64,000 nt of DNA from Dehalococcoidia bacterium (GCA_965222415.1 CBDCTU010000002.1:260663-324662), one strand, 5' to 3'. Counted from the first letter of the stretch, positions 9,056-17,870 are shown. Notes: a model not told the origin generated them from the sequence alone. Made by a program: numbers and translations.

Positions 9056-9283
9056 ATGAACGACAAGAGCAGACAGAACGGGCAACCGACGCCCGAAGAG
9101 GACCTCTCCGAGTTCGGCGTGGTCAGGGTCATCTCCAGGCCCGTCCCCGACGCCGAGGACAGGCTGCGCCGTCTCTTCACTATCCTGCTCAAGCCCCCTG
9201 ACAGTGACGGGCACGCTGCGTCCGAGAAGGACCCGCCCCCGGACGACCGGCATGTGGATAACCACCTGGAGGCTGAAATCTGA
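9056..9283 (+). CDS. Small hypothetical protein (start 9023 or 9056)
   Basis: Third-position G/C is strongly enriched. The protein reads MNDKSRQNGQPTPEEDLSEFGVVRVISRPVPDAEDRLRRLFTILLK... Its stop overlaps the next gene's start (TGATG at 9281-9285). Confidence 0.5.
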   Translation: MNDKSRQNGQPTPEEDLSEFGVVRVISRPVPDAEDRLRRLFTILLKPPDSDGHAASEKDPPPDDRHVDNHLEAEI

Positions 9284-10521
9284 TGCGGTCCGAGTCGTCC
9301 CCCGACCGTCAGAAGCCTGCGCCGAGGGATTCGGCTCTCAGCCACGACGCCCCATATCGGGCCGTCTTCGGAGACGTGTCGAAGATCATCGACGCGGCCA
9401 GGGAGACGGCCGCCCGCTCGGTGAACGCCGCCATGACCGCCGCGTACTGGCTCGTTGGGCGGCGCATCGTCGAGTTCGAGCAGTCGGGTGAGGACAGGGC
9501 CGAGTACGGAGCCGCGTTGATCGAGAGCCTGGCGCAGGACCTGACCGGGCAATTCGGACGGGGCTTCTCCCGTCAGAACCTCCAGAACATGCGACTGTTC
9601 TACCTTTCGCATCCGCCCGACCGGATTCGCCAGACACTGTCTGGCAAATTGAATCGACCCTCTCAAATGCCGATTCGCCAGAAGGCGTCTGGCATATCCG
9701 AAGCTTCCTCCGTCGAAGAGGGCTTCCACGACCTTCTGGCGGCCTTTCCGTTGCCCTGGTCGGCCTATGTACGGCTCCTGTCCGTAAGGGACGAGCACGC
9801 CCGCGAGTTCTACGAGACCGAGGCGCTGCGGGGAGGATGGTCGGTCCGCCAGCTAGACCGGCAGATCGGCTCACAGTTCTACGAGCGCACCGCCCTGTCC
9901 AAGAACAAGGCCGCCATGCTGGCGCGGGGGCAGAAGCCCAGGGCCGAAGACCTCGCGCGTCCCGAGGAGGAGGCCAAAGACCCCTTCGTCCTGGAGTTCC
10001 TTGACCTCAAGGACGAGTACTCGGAGAGCGACCTTGAAGAGGCGCTCATTCGCCACCTGGAGACCTTTCTCATGGAGCTCGGAGGCGACTTCTGCTTCAT
10101 GGGAAGGCAGAGGCGGCTGCGCATCGGCAACAGGTGGTACAGGGTAGACCTGCTCTTCTTTCACCGGACCCTGCGGTGCCTCGTGGTCATCGACCTGAAG
10201 ATCGGGGCGTTCACCCACGCCGACGCCGGGCAGATGCACCTCTACCTGAACTATGCCCGGGAGCGCTGGGCGCGGGAGGGCGAGAACCCGCCTGTCGGAC
10301 TCATCCTGTGCTCCGAGAAGGACGAGGCCCTGGCGCAGTATGCCCTCGATGGCCTGCCGAACAACGTGATGGCTGCGGAGTACCGGATCACCCTGCCGGA
10401 CGAGGCGCTCCTGGCGTCAGAGCTCGACCGGACGAGGCAGGCGATGGAGACGTACGGTTCATCAGCGGCGGGGGCTCCGACGACGACCGCCGCGTCGTCA
10501 GGTGACGAACCGGAGGATTGA
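9283..10521 (+). CDS. YhcG/DUF1016-family PDDEXK nuclease-like protein
   Basis: The N-terminal half has WLVGRRIVEFEQSGEDRAEYGAALIESLAQDL..FSRQNLQNMRLFY. The C-terminal half has FCFMGRQRRLRIGNRWYRVDLLFFHRTLRCLVVIDLKIG. Both are characteristic of DUF1016. Confidence 0.85.
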   Translation: MRSESSPDRQKPAPRDSALSHDAPYRAVFGDVSKIIDAARETAARSVNAAMTAAYWLVGRRIVEFEQSGEDRAEYGAALIESLAQDLTGQFGRGFSRQNLQNMRLFYLSHPPDRIRQTLSGKLNRPSQMPIRQKASGISEASSVEEGFHDLLAAFPLPWSAYVRLLSVRDEHAREFYETEALRGGWSVRQLDRQIGSQFYERTALSKNKAAMLARGQKPRAEDLARPEEEAKDPFVLEFLDLKDEYSESDLEEALIRHLETFLMELGGDFCFMGRQRRLRIGNRWYRVDLLFFHRTLRCLVVIDLKIGAFTHADAGQMHLYLNYARERWAREGENPPVGLILCSEKDEALAQYALDGLPNNVMAAEYRITLPDEALLASELDRTRQAMETYGSSAAGAPTTTAASSGDEPED

Positions 10522-10739
10522 GCGGGACACTGTGGGGAACGCTGGCAGAACGGGAACGCGTCTTGACGCCCCACATTCATAGTGGCGACCTCGCGAGCGT
10601 CGGACCGCCGTAGACTTCTACGTCAGTGCGTCCTACTATGAATAGCAATCGAGGGTAGTGTCTCAGTTTGGGTGTGGTGGAGTACGCCTACGGGTGGGAG
10701 TGGATTCTTGAGGAAATCGAGAAAGGATAGGAGGTTACT

Positions 10740-11312
10740 ATGGCCCTTGACACACCGGATATCTACATAATTGAGTCGGTTGACTTGGAAAACGAGGCCA
10801 AGGGTGAACGAGAGGGAGAGGCGCTTACGGAGATTCTCAAGCTGTCGGGTAAGTCCCCGCGATACGTTTACATTCGAACGAAGCGGGAACTAATACACTT
10901 CTTGGAGGACTTTCAAGAAAGCGGATATCGTTACTTGCACTTATCCTGCCACGGGAATAGTCGAGCCATCGGAACCACATTCGACACGATCTCGTTCCAA
11001 GAGCTAGGCGACCTTCTTAGGCCATACTTACAAGATAAACGGCTGTTCATCTCGGCTTGTAGTGTGGTGAACGACCAATTTCGACAAGCCGTGATGACTG
11101 GCTCGGGATGCCTATCAACGATAGGTCCTAGCAAGGATGTTGATTTCGATCAAGCCGCGATCTTTTGGGCCTCGTTTTACTACCTGATGTTCGACACCGA
11201 CACGAGGCGTATGAAGCGTGACGACATCCTGCCAACCGTCAAAAAATTGGCGCGGTTGTTCGAGCTGCCGATAACCTACTGCTCTCGAACACGAACTCAT
11301 GAGATAGGCTGA
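10740..11312 (+). CDS. Hypothetical 190-aa protein with caspase/CHAT-like His-Cys dyad
   Basis: GGAGG precedes the ATG. The gene is visibly AT-richer than its neighbours. YRYLHLSCHGN and KRLFISACS lie in the order and spacing of the caspase-fold catalytic His and Cys. Confidence 0.55.
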   Translation: MALDTPDIYIIESVDLENEAKGEREGEALTEILKLSGKSPRYVYIRTKRELIHFLEDFQESGYRYLHLSCHGNSRAIGTTFDTISFQELGDLLRPYLQDKRLFISACSVVNDQFRQAVMTGSGCLSTIGPSKDVDFDQAAIFWASFYYLMFDTDTRRMKRDDILPTVKKLARLFELPITYCSRTRTHEIG

Positions 11313-11498
11313 GTGAGACCTGTGGTGAGAAGGTGCTTTTGGTCAAACGAGTACACTACCGAGAGCCGCCGCGCTTTGACCCTGCCCCCCAGATCGCGGT
11401 ATCATGGGGTCAGAAAGTTGGCCCGGCGATGCTGCAAACATCCCGGGCCGTGGCGCCACCTGGTTGGACAGGTGATGCGAATAGATTGTACTACTCGC

Positions 11499-11535
11499 AG
11501 ACCCGCTCCCGACAGGAGGCGGGTCTTCTTCATTT
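11499..11535 (+). terminator. Rho-independent-type terminator after 10740-11312
   Basis: AGACCCGCTCC-CGACA-GGAGGCGGGTCT forms a GC-rich stem, followed by TCTTCATTTC. Confidence 0.55.
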
Positions 11536-11559
11536 CAGGGAATCCGAGAGGAGGGAATC

Positions 11560-13149
11560 ATGGCGATGAGAACCACCGATAGGGAGACGGGAACGAAACG
11601 GGCGGCCATATACTCCCGCGTGTCGGACAAGAGCCAGGACACGGAGGAGAAGGTCTCCATCTCCGAGCAGACCGCCGAGATGGAGGCCTACTGCGAGCGG
11701 AGGGGAATGACCATCACCGCCCGATACCAGGAGGTGGGCAGGGGCTGGTCCAAGAACCGCCCGGAGTTCCAGCGCATGCTGGCCGATGCGCGGGACGGCC
11801 GGTTCGACGTCATCGTCTGCTGGAAGATGGACAGGCTGAGCCGCGGGATGTACCCGGCAGCCGCCATGATGGAAGTCGTCGAGGCGCACCAGATTCGCCT
11901 GGAGTCGGTCATGGACCCCGTCGACATGAAGATGTTCGGGATCATGGCGGCCATCGGGAAGATAGAGCTGGACAACATCCGGGAGAGAACATCCATGGGC
12001 AGGCGCGGGAAGGCCAAGCAGGGCCGAATGCCGAATGGCTCGGTCCCCTATGGATACCGTATTGGGGAGGACGGCAAGCCGGTGGTATACGAGCCGGAGG
12101 CCGAGATCGTGAGGCGCATCTTCCGCCAGTACGTGCACGAAGGGATGGTGGGGCTGGAGATAGCCCGTCAGCTGGCCCGAGACAATGCCCCTACCTGGAG
12201 GCCCGGCTCGCGGTGGCAGAACTCCTACGTGCATTCTCTCCTCGGCAAGGAGGTCTACAAAGGCATCTGGTGGTACGGAAAGGCCCGCTGGGTGGCCACG
12301 GAGGGCAGGGACCGGGTCACTAGGCAGCCGGAGGACACGTGGATAGGGGTACCCTTCCCGCCCCTGGTGGACGAGCAGACGTGGGATCGGGCGCAGGCCA
12401 TCAAGAAGCAGCGGGCCTCCCTGTCCAAGCGGAACACCAAGGTCTTCTTCCTGTTGCAGCACCTCGTAAGGTGCTCCGAGTGCGGTCTGCTCTTCGGCTG
12501 CCGGTCCAAGACCAGAGCAACCGCGAAGTACAAGGACAGGAGGTACACCTACGACCTGAAGACTCCTAACCGCTACTACCACTGCTACGGAATGCAGAGG
12601 GAGCACATGCGGTGCCGGCAACGGCCATACATCCGAGCCGACAGGTTGGAGGAGCTGGTCTGGAGAGAGGTCAGAACGGTGGTTCAGAATCCCGACCTGA
12701 TCGTGAAGGGCATGGAGTCCATGGGGGAACAGGAGGATGGCGGGCTTCAGAAGCGGATTGCCATGGCGGAGCGTGAGCTCCGTAAGGTACAGACGGAGGA
12801 GGACAGGGCTATTGGCCTGTATGTATCAGGCAAGATCTCCGAGGACCAGCTCGACCACCAACGCAAGCGTATACAGGAACGTCTGGAAGCCGCACGGGCA
12901 AGGCTCTATGACTACCGTGCTCAAGGGGCAGCGGCCACGGAGAGGAAGGTACTGACGGGGAACATTGCCGAGTGGTCCCGCAGGATTGGCGGTCGATTGG
13001 ATGACCTGCCCTCCGAGGAGCGTCGGGACATCCTGAGGCTAATCGTGGACCAGATCGCCATAGATCGTGACAATAGCGTCACTATCACCCTGGGCATCCC
13101 GACTCAGGATTTCGTGTCAATTGAGAAAGAGGGCTCTCGAACCATTTGA
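11560..13149 (+). CDS. Large serine recombinase (resolvase domain + recombinase domain + zinc ribbon + coiled coil)
   Basis: GAGGAGGG precedes the ATG. RAAIYSRVSDKSQ contains the catalytic Ser. VIVCWKMDRLSRG is present. CSECGLLFGC...YYHCYG is the zinc ribbon. The C-terminus is coiled coil. Length is 529 aa. Confidence 0.9.
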   Translation: MAMRTTDRETGTKRAAIYSRVSDKSQDTEEKVSISEQTAEMEAYCERRGMTITARYQEVGRGWSKNRPEFQRMLADARDGRFDVIVCWKMDRLSRGMYPAAAMMEVVEAHQIRLESVMDPVDMKMFGIMAAIGKIELDNIRERTSMGRRGKAKQGRMPNGSVPYGYRIGEDGKPVVYEPEAEIVRRIFRQYVHEGMVGLEIARQLARDNAPTWRPGSRWQNSYVHSLLGKEVYKGIWWYGKARWVATEGRDRVTRQPEDTWIGVPFPPLVDEQTWDRAQAIKKQRASLSKRNTKVFFLLQHLVRCSECGLLFGCRSKTRATAKYKDRRYTYDLKTPNRYYHCYGMQREHMRCRQRPYIRADRLEELVWREVRTVVQNPDLIVKGMESMGEQEDGGLQKRIAMAERELRKVQTEEDRAIGLYVSGKISEDQLDHQRKRIQERLEAARARLYDYRAQGAAATERKVLTGNIAEWSRRIGGRLDDLPSEERRDILRLIVDQIAIDRDNSVTITLGIPTQDFVSIEKEGSRTI

Positions 13150-13195
13150 GCGTGAAGACTGCGGCTTAGATTTCCCCGCTACCCTTCGACAGGCT

Positions 13196-13223
13196 CAGAG
13201 CCTGCCCCGTACTTGATACGGGG
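13196..13223. repeat. Conserved hairpin motif, copy 2 of 3, 47 nt after the recombinase stop
   Basis: CAGAGCCTGCCCCGTACTTGATACGGGG. It is immediately preceded by the perfect dyad CAGGCTC-A-GAGCCTG (13190-13204). Confidence 0.85.
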
Positions 13224-13308
13224 ATGAGCGGGTGGTATCGGCATTATCAACACACAACGAGAACAGCGCCCCTCGCTCAGCGCACGCGCTCCATGCTATA
13301 GTTCTTCC

Positions 13309-13743
13309 ATGAAAATCAACGGGACATACCGATTCGATGCCACCCCCGAACGCGTCTGGGACGCTCTCCTGGACCCCGCCGTGGTGAGCGAGTGCATCCC
13401 GGGGGCCCACAAGTTCACCACCGTCTCGCCCGACAACTACGAGGTCGAGGTAGCCGTCAAAGTGGGCGTCTTCTCAGGCTCATTCAATGGCACGCTGGTA
13501 ATCTCCGAAAAGGACGCCCTCTCTTCATACCGGATGAGGGTCAATGGCTACGGCCCGATGACGAACCTGACTGGCGAGGCCGTGGTCTCCCTCACACCGG
13601 AAGGCGACGCGACCTCCGTCACCTTCGACGGCGACGTGACGGTAACGGGCGCGCTCGTGAGAGTCGGCCAGCGGTTCATGAGCAGCGCGGCCCAGTCCCA
13701 ATTCGACCGCTTCTTTGAGCGCCTGCGTGAGAAGGTGGGGTAG
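13309..13743 (+). CDS. coxG: CoxG-like SRPBCC-fold protein
   Basis: MKINGTYRFDATPERVWDALLDPAVVSECIPG...F.G.....GP....G. This is the typical N-terminus and length (144 aa) of carbon monoxide dehydrogenase subunit G family proteins. Confidence 0.8.
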   Translation: MKINGTYRFDATPERVWDALLDPAVVSECIPGAHKFTTVSPDNYEVEVAVKVGVFSGSFNGTLVISEKDALSSYRMRVNGYGPMTNLTGEAVVSLTPEGDATSVTFDGDVTVTGALVRVGQRFMSSAAQSQFDRFFERLREKVG

Positions 13744-13874
13744 GAAGCACTAGTTCCAGACTCCAGCCGGGTCACCCAGGCAACTCCGGTTTCTTGGAAC
13801 AGTGTACAAAAGGATCCGAGGCCAAAAGAGTGCGTATGCGGGGCATACCATGTTCGCATCATAACATTTCCTAC

Positions 13875-14933
13875 CTACAGCTTCTGAGATTGCGATCGGG
13901 CTTGCTCTACTACGCCGTGTGCAAAGGAACTTAGAGATGCCTTCTGTTCTGCACTCTTCTCGGCCCGAGATCTCGATACTTTGGCGACCTCTCCTAGCAT
14001 CTTCAGCCATCCATCGTTCACTGTGGGAGGATGTACTTCTGAGTTCCACTTCATTTGTAACTTTCGGGCGTTTTTGAGTGATTCGCAGGTCCTACCAAAG
14101 ATATGCTGGCTTTTGGAGCCATGAAAATAGTCTCTGTTCAATGAACGAACCTCAAGATCACTCAAATCTCTGCCCGAGTCAATCAAGTTGGTATGTGTCT
14201 CCCAGCTGTAGACCAATACGCACCCACTGTGAATTGGCAATACTATTTGGCTGCCAGGATATACCAGACTCCTTGCATTGGCATAAGACCCGCGAATTAC
14301 CAACACGGGGGAATCCCCAATAACGAAGGACTCTTCACCTGCGGCCTTATGCGCTCGCAATCCCATATACCCGAGTATCTTGCGTGCTAGGTTGTCTTCC
14401 ATCCCCATCGCCATACTGAGGTAATCATGGCTAAAGTACTTGTTTACCAAGTCCTTTAGGAATTGTGGGTTGGCTATCCCTCCTTCCAGCTTGAGAGCAT
14501 CTATTACTTCATTGCTCACGCTACTAACGATGTCATCACGCGTTCTATCATCATTAAGCGCACTATAGGGGTCATTCCGCATCATCGCAAATACTAAGGC
14601 ATCTATTTCTTGCCTTTCGTGCTCTTGCAGTTCAAGATTCCCCTTGCGTATTCGACCAATAACTCGTGCAGTTCTAGCCTCTATGCGCTTCATTAAATTG
14701 TCGTCTAGCTCTGTCAACAGCTGTGGCTCTGAAGCTACATCCTCCACATCTCTGACTTCGATGACTCCCGTCTGTTTATGCATCTCGTATACATGGGATG
14801 CATCTCCTTTGATACCGAATCCCTTTAGCAAAAACTGTGGGACCCAGTGTTGATTCGTATCATTCCAAGTACTACGTTGCATAAGCTGTTTCCTTTGGGG
14901 AATTTTATACTTTTGTCCACTTTCGCCTAACAC
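13875..14933 (-). CDS. DUF4238-domain protein
   Basis: The N-terminal HWVPQFLLKGF matches the DUF4238 signature (H.vPq.yL..F). The gene is clearly AT-richer than the window average. Confidence 0.65.
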   Translation of the reverse strand: MLGESGQKYKIPQRKQLMQRSTWNDTNQHWVPQFLLKGFGIKGDASHVYEMHKQTGVIEVRDVEDVASEPQLLTELDDNLMKRIEARTARVIGRIRKGNLELQEHERQEIDALVFAMMRNDPYSALNDDRTRDDIVSSVSNEVIDALKLEGGIANPQFLKDLVNKYFSHDYLSMAMGMEDNLARKILGYMGLRAHKAAGEESFVIGDSPVLVIRGSYANARSLVYPGSQIVLPIHSGCVLVYSWETHTNLIDSGRDLSDLEVRSLNRDYFHGSKSQHIFGRTCESLKNARKLQMKWNSEVHPPTVNDGWLKMLGEVAKVSRSRAEKSAEQKASLSSFAHGVVEQARSQSQKL

Positions 14934-14972
14934 ACTATAGTATGGTCCGCAAAGAGTCGATTCGTAACAAGA

Positions 14973-15001
14973 AAGCCCGCCCTCGAATTGAGAGCGGGCT
15001 T
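14973..15001 (-). terminator. Hairpin between the split membrane-protein gene and the DUF4238 gene
   Basis: AAGCCCGC (14973-14980) pairs with GCGGGCTT (14994-15001). On the minus strand it is followed by TCTTGTT. Confidence 0.4.
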
Positions 15002-15095
15002 GGTGTTTAAGGGTTCAGTTGTTGTCAGGAGGGGGTTATACAGGTGGAGGAGGTTCTTTCGGAATCTCTAATTACTACCCGGTCGATAGCTTATC

Positions 15096-15344
15096 CTACT
15101 TCTCTGAACGTTCTTTTGATTCCCCTGATTTTCCCGATACAGAAGCTACAATCCCAGCCCATATTCCAGCGGGCCAGAAGAAAAAGCCTGTCAACCAAAT
15201 GATCCTCAGCCAACCCTTCACCCCGTCATACACCGTCACACATGCGTAAGAGGGAGCGTAGTCCTCCGTACATTTAAGTGTGGGGTCTCGCCCATACGCA
15301 AACGCGGAAGCGGGTATCTCATACACGTTTGGATCCATGTAGCC
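15096..15344 (-). pseudogene. 3' half of a small membrane-protein gene split by IS3
   Basis: ORF 15096-15338 (MDPNVYEIP...FFFWPAGIWAGIVASV...) is in frame with 16675-16899 once the IS and one GCC copy are removed. Confidence 0.6.
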
Positions 15345-15434
15345 TGAGGTGGACCCAGGAAACTGGACAGGTGGCTAAGTGAGAGTCCTGCTCCTAAACT
15401 AAGGGCAGTTGTTGCTGTCTGGAAGGAGAAGGAC

Positions 15435-15719
15435 ATGGCGCAAGGAAGAAGGAAACATAGCCCGGCCTTCAAGGCGAGGGTGGCCCTGGATGCGGTGAAG
15501 GGGGAGGAGACCGTGGCCCAACTGGCCGTCCGGTACGAAGTCCACCCGGGGCAGATTCAAGCTTGGAAGAAGGCCCTGACCGAGGGAGCCGCCGGTGTGT
15601 TCGGCAATGGTCAGCACCAGAAGGCCAAGAGCGACGCCGCTCTGGTCGCCCGGTTGTACCAGGAGATCGGGCAGTTGAAGGTGGAGCGGGATTTCTTGGC
15701 CGAGAGGTCCGGTCCATGA
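15435..15719 (+). CDS. IS3-family transposase OrfA (HTH)
   Basis: [42 protein letters not shown], followed by a leucine-zipper-like tail. Confidence 0.85.
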   Translation: MAQGRRKHSPAFKARVALDAVKGEETVAQLAVRYEVHPGQIQAWKKALTEGAAGVFGNGQHQKAKSDAALVARLYQEIGQLKVERDFLAERSGP

Positions 15720-16609
15720 ACCCGGCCCGGCGGCGGGAGATGGTGGACCGGGAGCATCCCTCGTTGCCGATAGTGGGGCAATGCGCCCTGCTGGGGGTGA
15801 GCCGCTCCAGCATATACTATCGTCCCAAGGGGGTTTCGGAAGAGGACCTGTCGCTGATGCGGGAGATAGATCGGCAATACCTGGCGACCCCCTTCTACGG
15901 GTCACGGCGGATGCGGGCCTGGCTGAACCGGCAGGGGTTCCCGGTAAGCCGGAAGCGGGTGCAGCGGCTGATGCGGGTCATGGGGCTGCGGGCCATCTAC
16001 CGGCGACCCAGGACCAGCCAACCGGCGCCGCAACGTCGGGTGTATCCCTATCTGTTGGGGAAGGCCAAAATCACCCGTCCCAATCAGGTTTGGGCCGCCG
16101 ACATCACCTACCTGCCAATGGCCCGGGGATTCCTCTACCTGGTGGCGGTCATGGACTGGCACAGCCGGTACGTGGTGTCCTGGCGCCTGTCCAACACTCT
16201 TGAGGCAGGATTCTGCATCGAGGCCCTGTCCGAGGCGATGGACAGGGGGAGGCCGGAGGTGTTCAATACCGACCAAGGGAGCCAGTTCACCAGCCAGGAA
16301 TTCACCCAGGTCCTACAGGACCACGGAGTGAAGATCAGTATGGATGGGAAAGGTAGGTATGCCGACAACATCTTCGTGGAGCGGTTGTGGCGGACGGTGA
16401 AGTATGAAGAGGTCTACCTGAAAGCCTATGCCAACTCTAGTGAGGCCCGCAGGGAACTGGGAGCCTATTTCCGGTTTTACAATGACCAGAGACCCCATCA
16501 GGCGTTGGGCTACCAGACCCCGGCCGAAGTGTTCCACGGAGGGCCGGCCCTCCGGAAGGAAGAATCAAAGGCGAGGAGGTGCACACCGGAAGCAGTCTTG
16601 GTATCATAG
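15716..16609 (+). CDS. IS3-family transposase OrfB (rve integrase core)
   Basis: The ATGA overlap with orfA is at 15716-15719. [17 protein letters not shown] and [15 protein letters not shown] form the DDE triad context. [15 protein letters not shown] is also present. The orfB frame is open from 15563, so an OrfAB fusion by -1 frameshifting is possible. Confidence 0.85.
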   Translation: MNPARRREMVDREHPSLPIVGQCALLGVSRSSIYYRPKGVSEEDLSLMREIDRQYLATPFYGSRRMRAWLNRQGFPVSRKRVQRLMRVMGLRAIYRRPRTSQPAPQRRVYPYLLGKAKITRPNQVWAADITYLPMARGFLYLVAVMDWHSRYVVSWRLSNTLEAGFCIEALSEAMDRGRPEVFNTDQGSQFTSQEFTQVLQDHGVKISMDGKGRYADNIFVERLWRTVKYEEVYLKAYANSSEARRELGAYFRFYNDQRPHQALGYQTPAEVFHGGPALRKEESKARRCTPEAVLVS

Positions 16610-16674
16610 GCAGGAGTGGCGGGACCCTCACCTAACTCCGCATTGATTCTGTCCAACTAACCGGGTCCATCTCA

Positions 16675-16899
16675 GCCAAATAACCACGCCACACTAATCC
16701 CCAAAGTGGATAGACATCCAAGGACAAGAATACCTATGAATACTCGATAACCGTCCAACACCCCTTGAACCATGACCGCAAAGAACAATACATATATGGC
16801 TAAGGCGGCTAGTAACCAAAACACTGGCAAGCCTTCCTGTGGCGAAGGATGTGCTAGACAATCTATCCCAAAGTCGCCCGTAATCCAGCATGGAACCAC
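16675..16899 (-). pseudogene. 5' half of the membrane-protein gene split by IS3
   Basis: ORF 16672-16899 reads MVPCWITGDF...LLAALAIYVLFFAVMVQ...GISVAWLFG. Its stop codon (16672-16674) is supplied by the IS terminus. Confidence 0.6.
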
Positions 16900-16995
16900 G
16901 GGAGTATAGCATCGCAGGTTATGAGAGCGTCAAGTCTTGACTGCATACTACGATGCAGCTAGGGTTTGAGCCAACTCACCCAAAGGAGATTCTTC

Positions 16996-17286
16996 ATGTC
17001 CGCAGAAGACCATCTACGGCAACTAGAGCGAATACAGCGAATCATTGCAGACATCCGAGCCATTATAGATAGAGCAAGACGCGACCGCCTACTATCCCAA
17101 ACTAAAGTGTGGATTACCATCAGTCCTGAAGAACATCCAGTTTTTCACGTATACGTGGATTGCCCCCAAAAGGAAAATATAGAATGCCATAATCTGCTCA
17201 CAGTATCGCTTCCACAGGCACTGAGAGACGGACGCGACCTCTGCGAAGTGTGTGAAGACGCGCTTATCGGAGAGCTTCGCGGATAG
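16996..17286 (+). CDS. Hypothetical protein (96 aa from the ATG with AAGGAG RBS)
   Basis: AAGGAG lies 8 nt upstream of the ATG at 16996. The protein begins MSAEDHLRQLERIQRIIADIRA and ends in a Cys/His-containing tail (HVYVDCP...LCEVCE). Confidence 0.4.
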   Translation: MSAEDHLRQLERIQRIIADIRAIIDRARRDRLLSQTKVWITISPEEHPVFHVYVDCPQKENIECHNLLTVSLPQALRDGRDLCEVCEDALIGELRG

Positions 17287-17598
17287 CTACCCTCTCCTCC
17301 GTAATCTTACGGGTAGAAGCGACGGACTCCACTTGGAATACTCCTTTGGAACGGAGAGGTAGCCCCACCTGCAAGAAAGCTCGTCCACGGCGTGAAGACG
17401 AGACCAAGCAAAATCCCGTACCAGCGTCACCACCCGCTCACCTTCACCGTCGCCTCCATCAAAATAGATGACGGGGTTACTCCCCCGACTCCATTCAGGA
17501 TTCACTACAACCTGTTCTACCCCTTGCTCCTTTAGGAACGCCACAATCTCCTGCAACCCCTGTTCAATGTCAGCATCCGTTATCCCCATCACGACCAC
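17287..17598 (-). CDS. Hypothetical protein (103 aa)
   Basis: A clean ORF convergent with 16996-17286. I recognised no family. Confidence 0.35.
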   Translation of the reverse strand: MVVMGITDADIEQGLQEIVAFLKEQGVEQVVVNPEWSRGSNPVIYFDGGDGEGERVVTLVRDFAWSRLHAVDELSCRWGYLSVPKEYSKWSPSLLPVRLRRRG

Positions 17599-17732
17599 TC
17601 TCCTTTAGTGTACACACAATTCCCTTATGTTTGCCCGGCATCGCATTCGATGTGCCTACCGTCGGGCTGCTGAAACGAATCTTAAAAGCGAGGAGACTAA
17701 GCCGCCACTAGCTGTACCACCATCAATCAAAG

Positions 17733-17805
<73 letters not shown>

Positions 17806-17870
17806 AATGTAGAGAAAAAAGGAGCCGGAGAATCATCTCACCACTTCATAGCCCGCGACCGACTACTCCC

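Larger units (their letters stand above)
15345..16674 (+). mobile_element. IS3-family insertion sequence (1330 bp)
   Basis: IRL is TGAGGTGGACCCAGGAAACTGGACAG (from 15345). The reverse complement of the right end is TGAGATGGACCCGGTTAGTTGGACAG (ending 16674). Termini are TG...CA. The 3-bp direct repeat GCC lies at 15342-15344 and 16675-16677. orfA and orfB lie inside. Confidence 0.85.

Noticed and set aside
13770-13790. Possible att-type direct repeat of the tRNA-Arg 3' end (TCACCCAGGCAACTCCGG vs GCACCCCAGGCAGGACCCGA at 17732-17751), which would delimit the AT-richer islet.
   Set aside because: Only about 10-11 contiguous-ish matches with an indel. This is too weak to distinguish from chance by eye.
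15563-15719. A programmed -1 frameshift signal for an IS3 OrfAB fusion.
   Set aside because: The orfB frame is open through the overlap, but I could not find an X-XXY-YYZ slippery heptamer. The mechanism is left uncalled.
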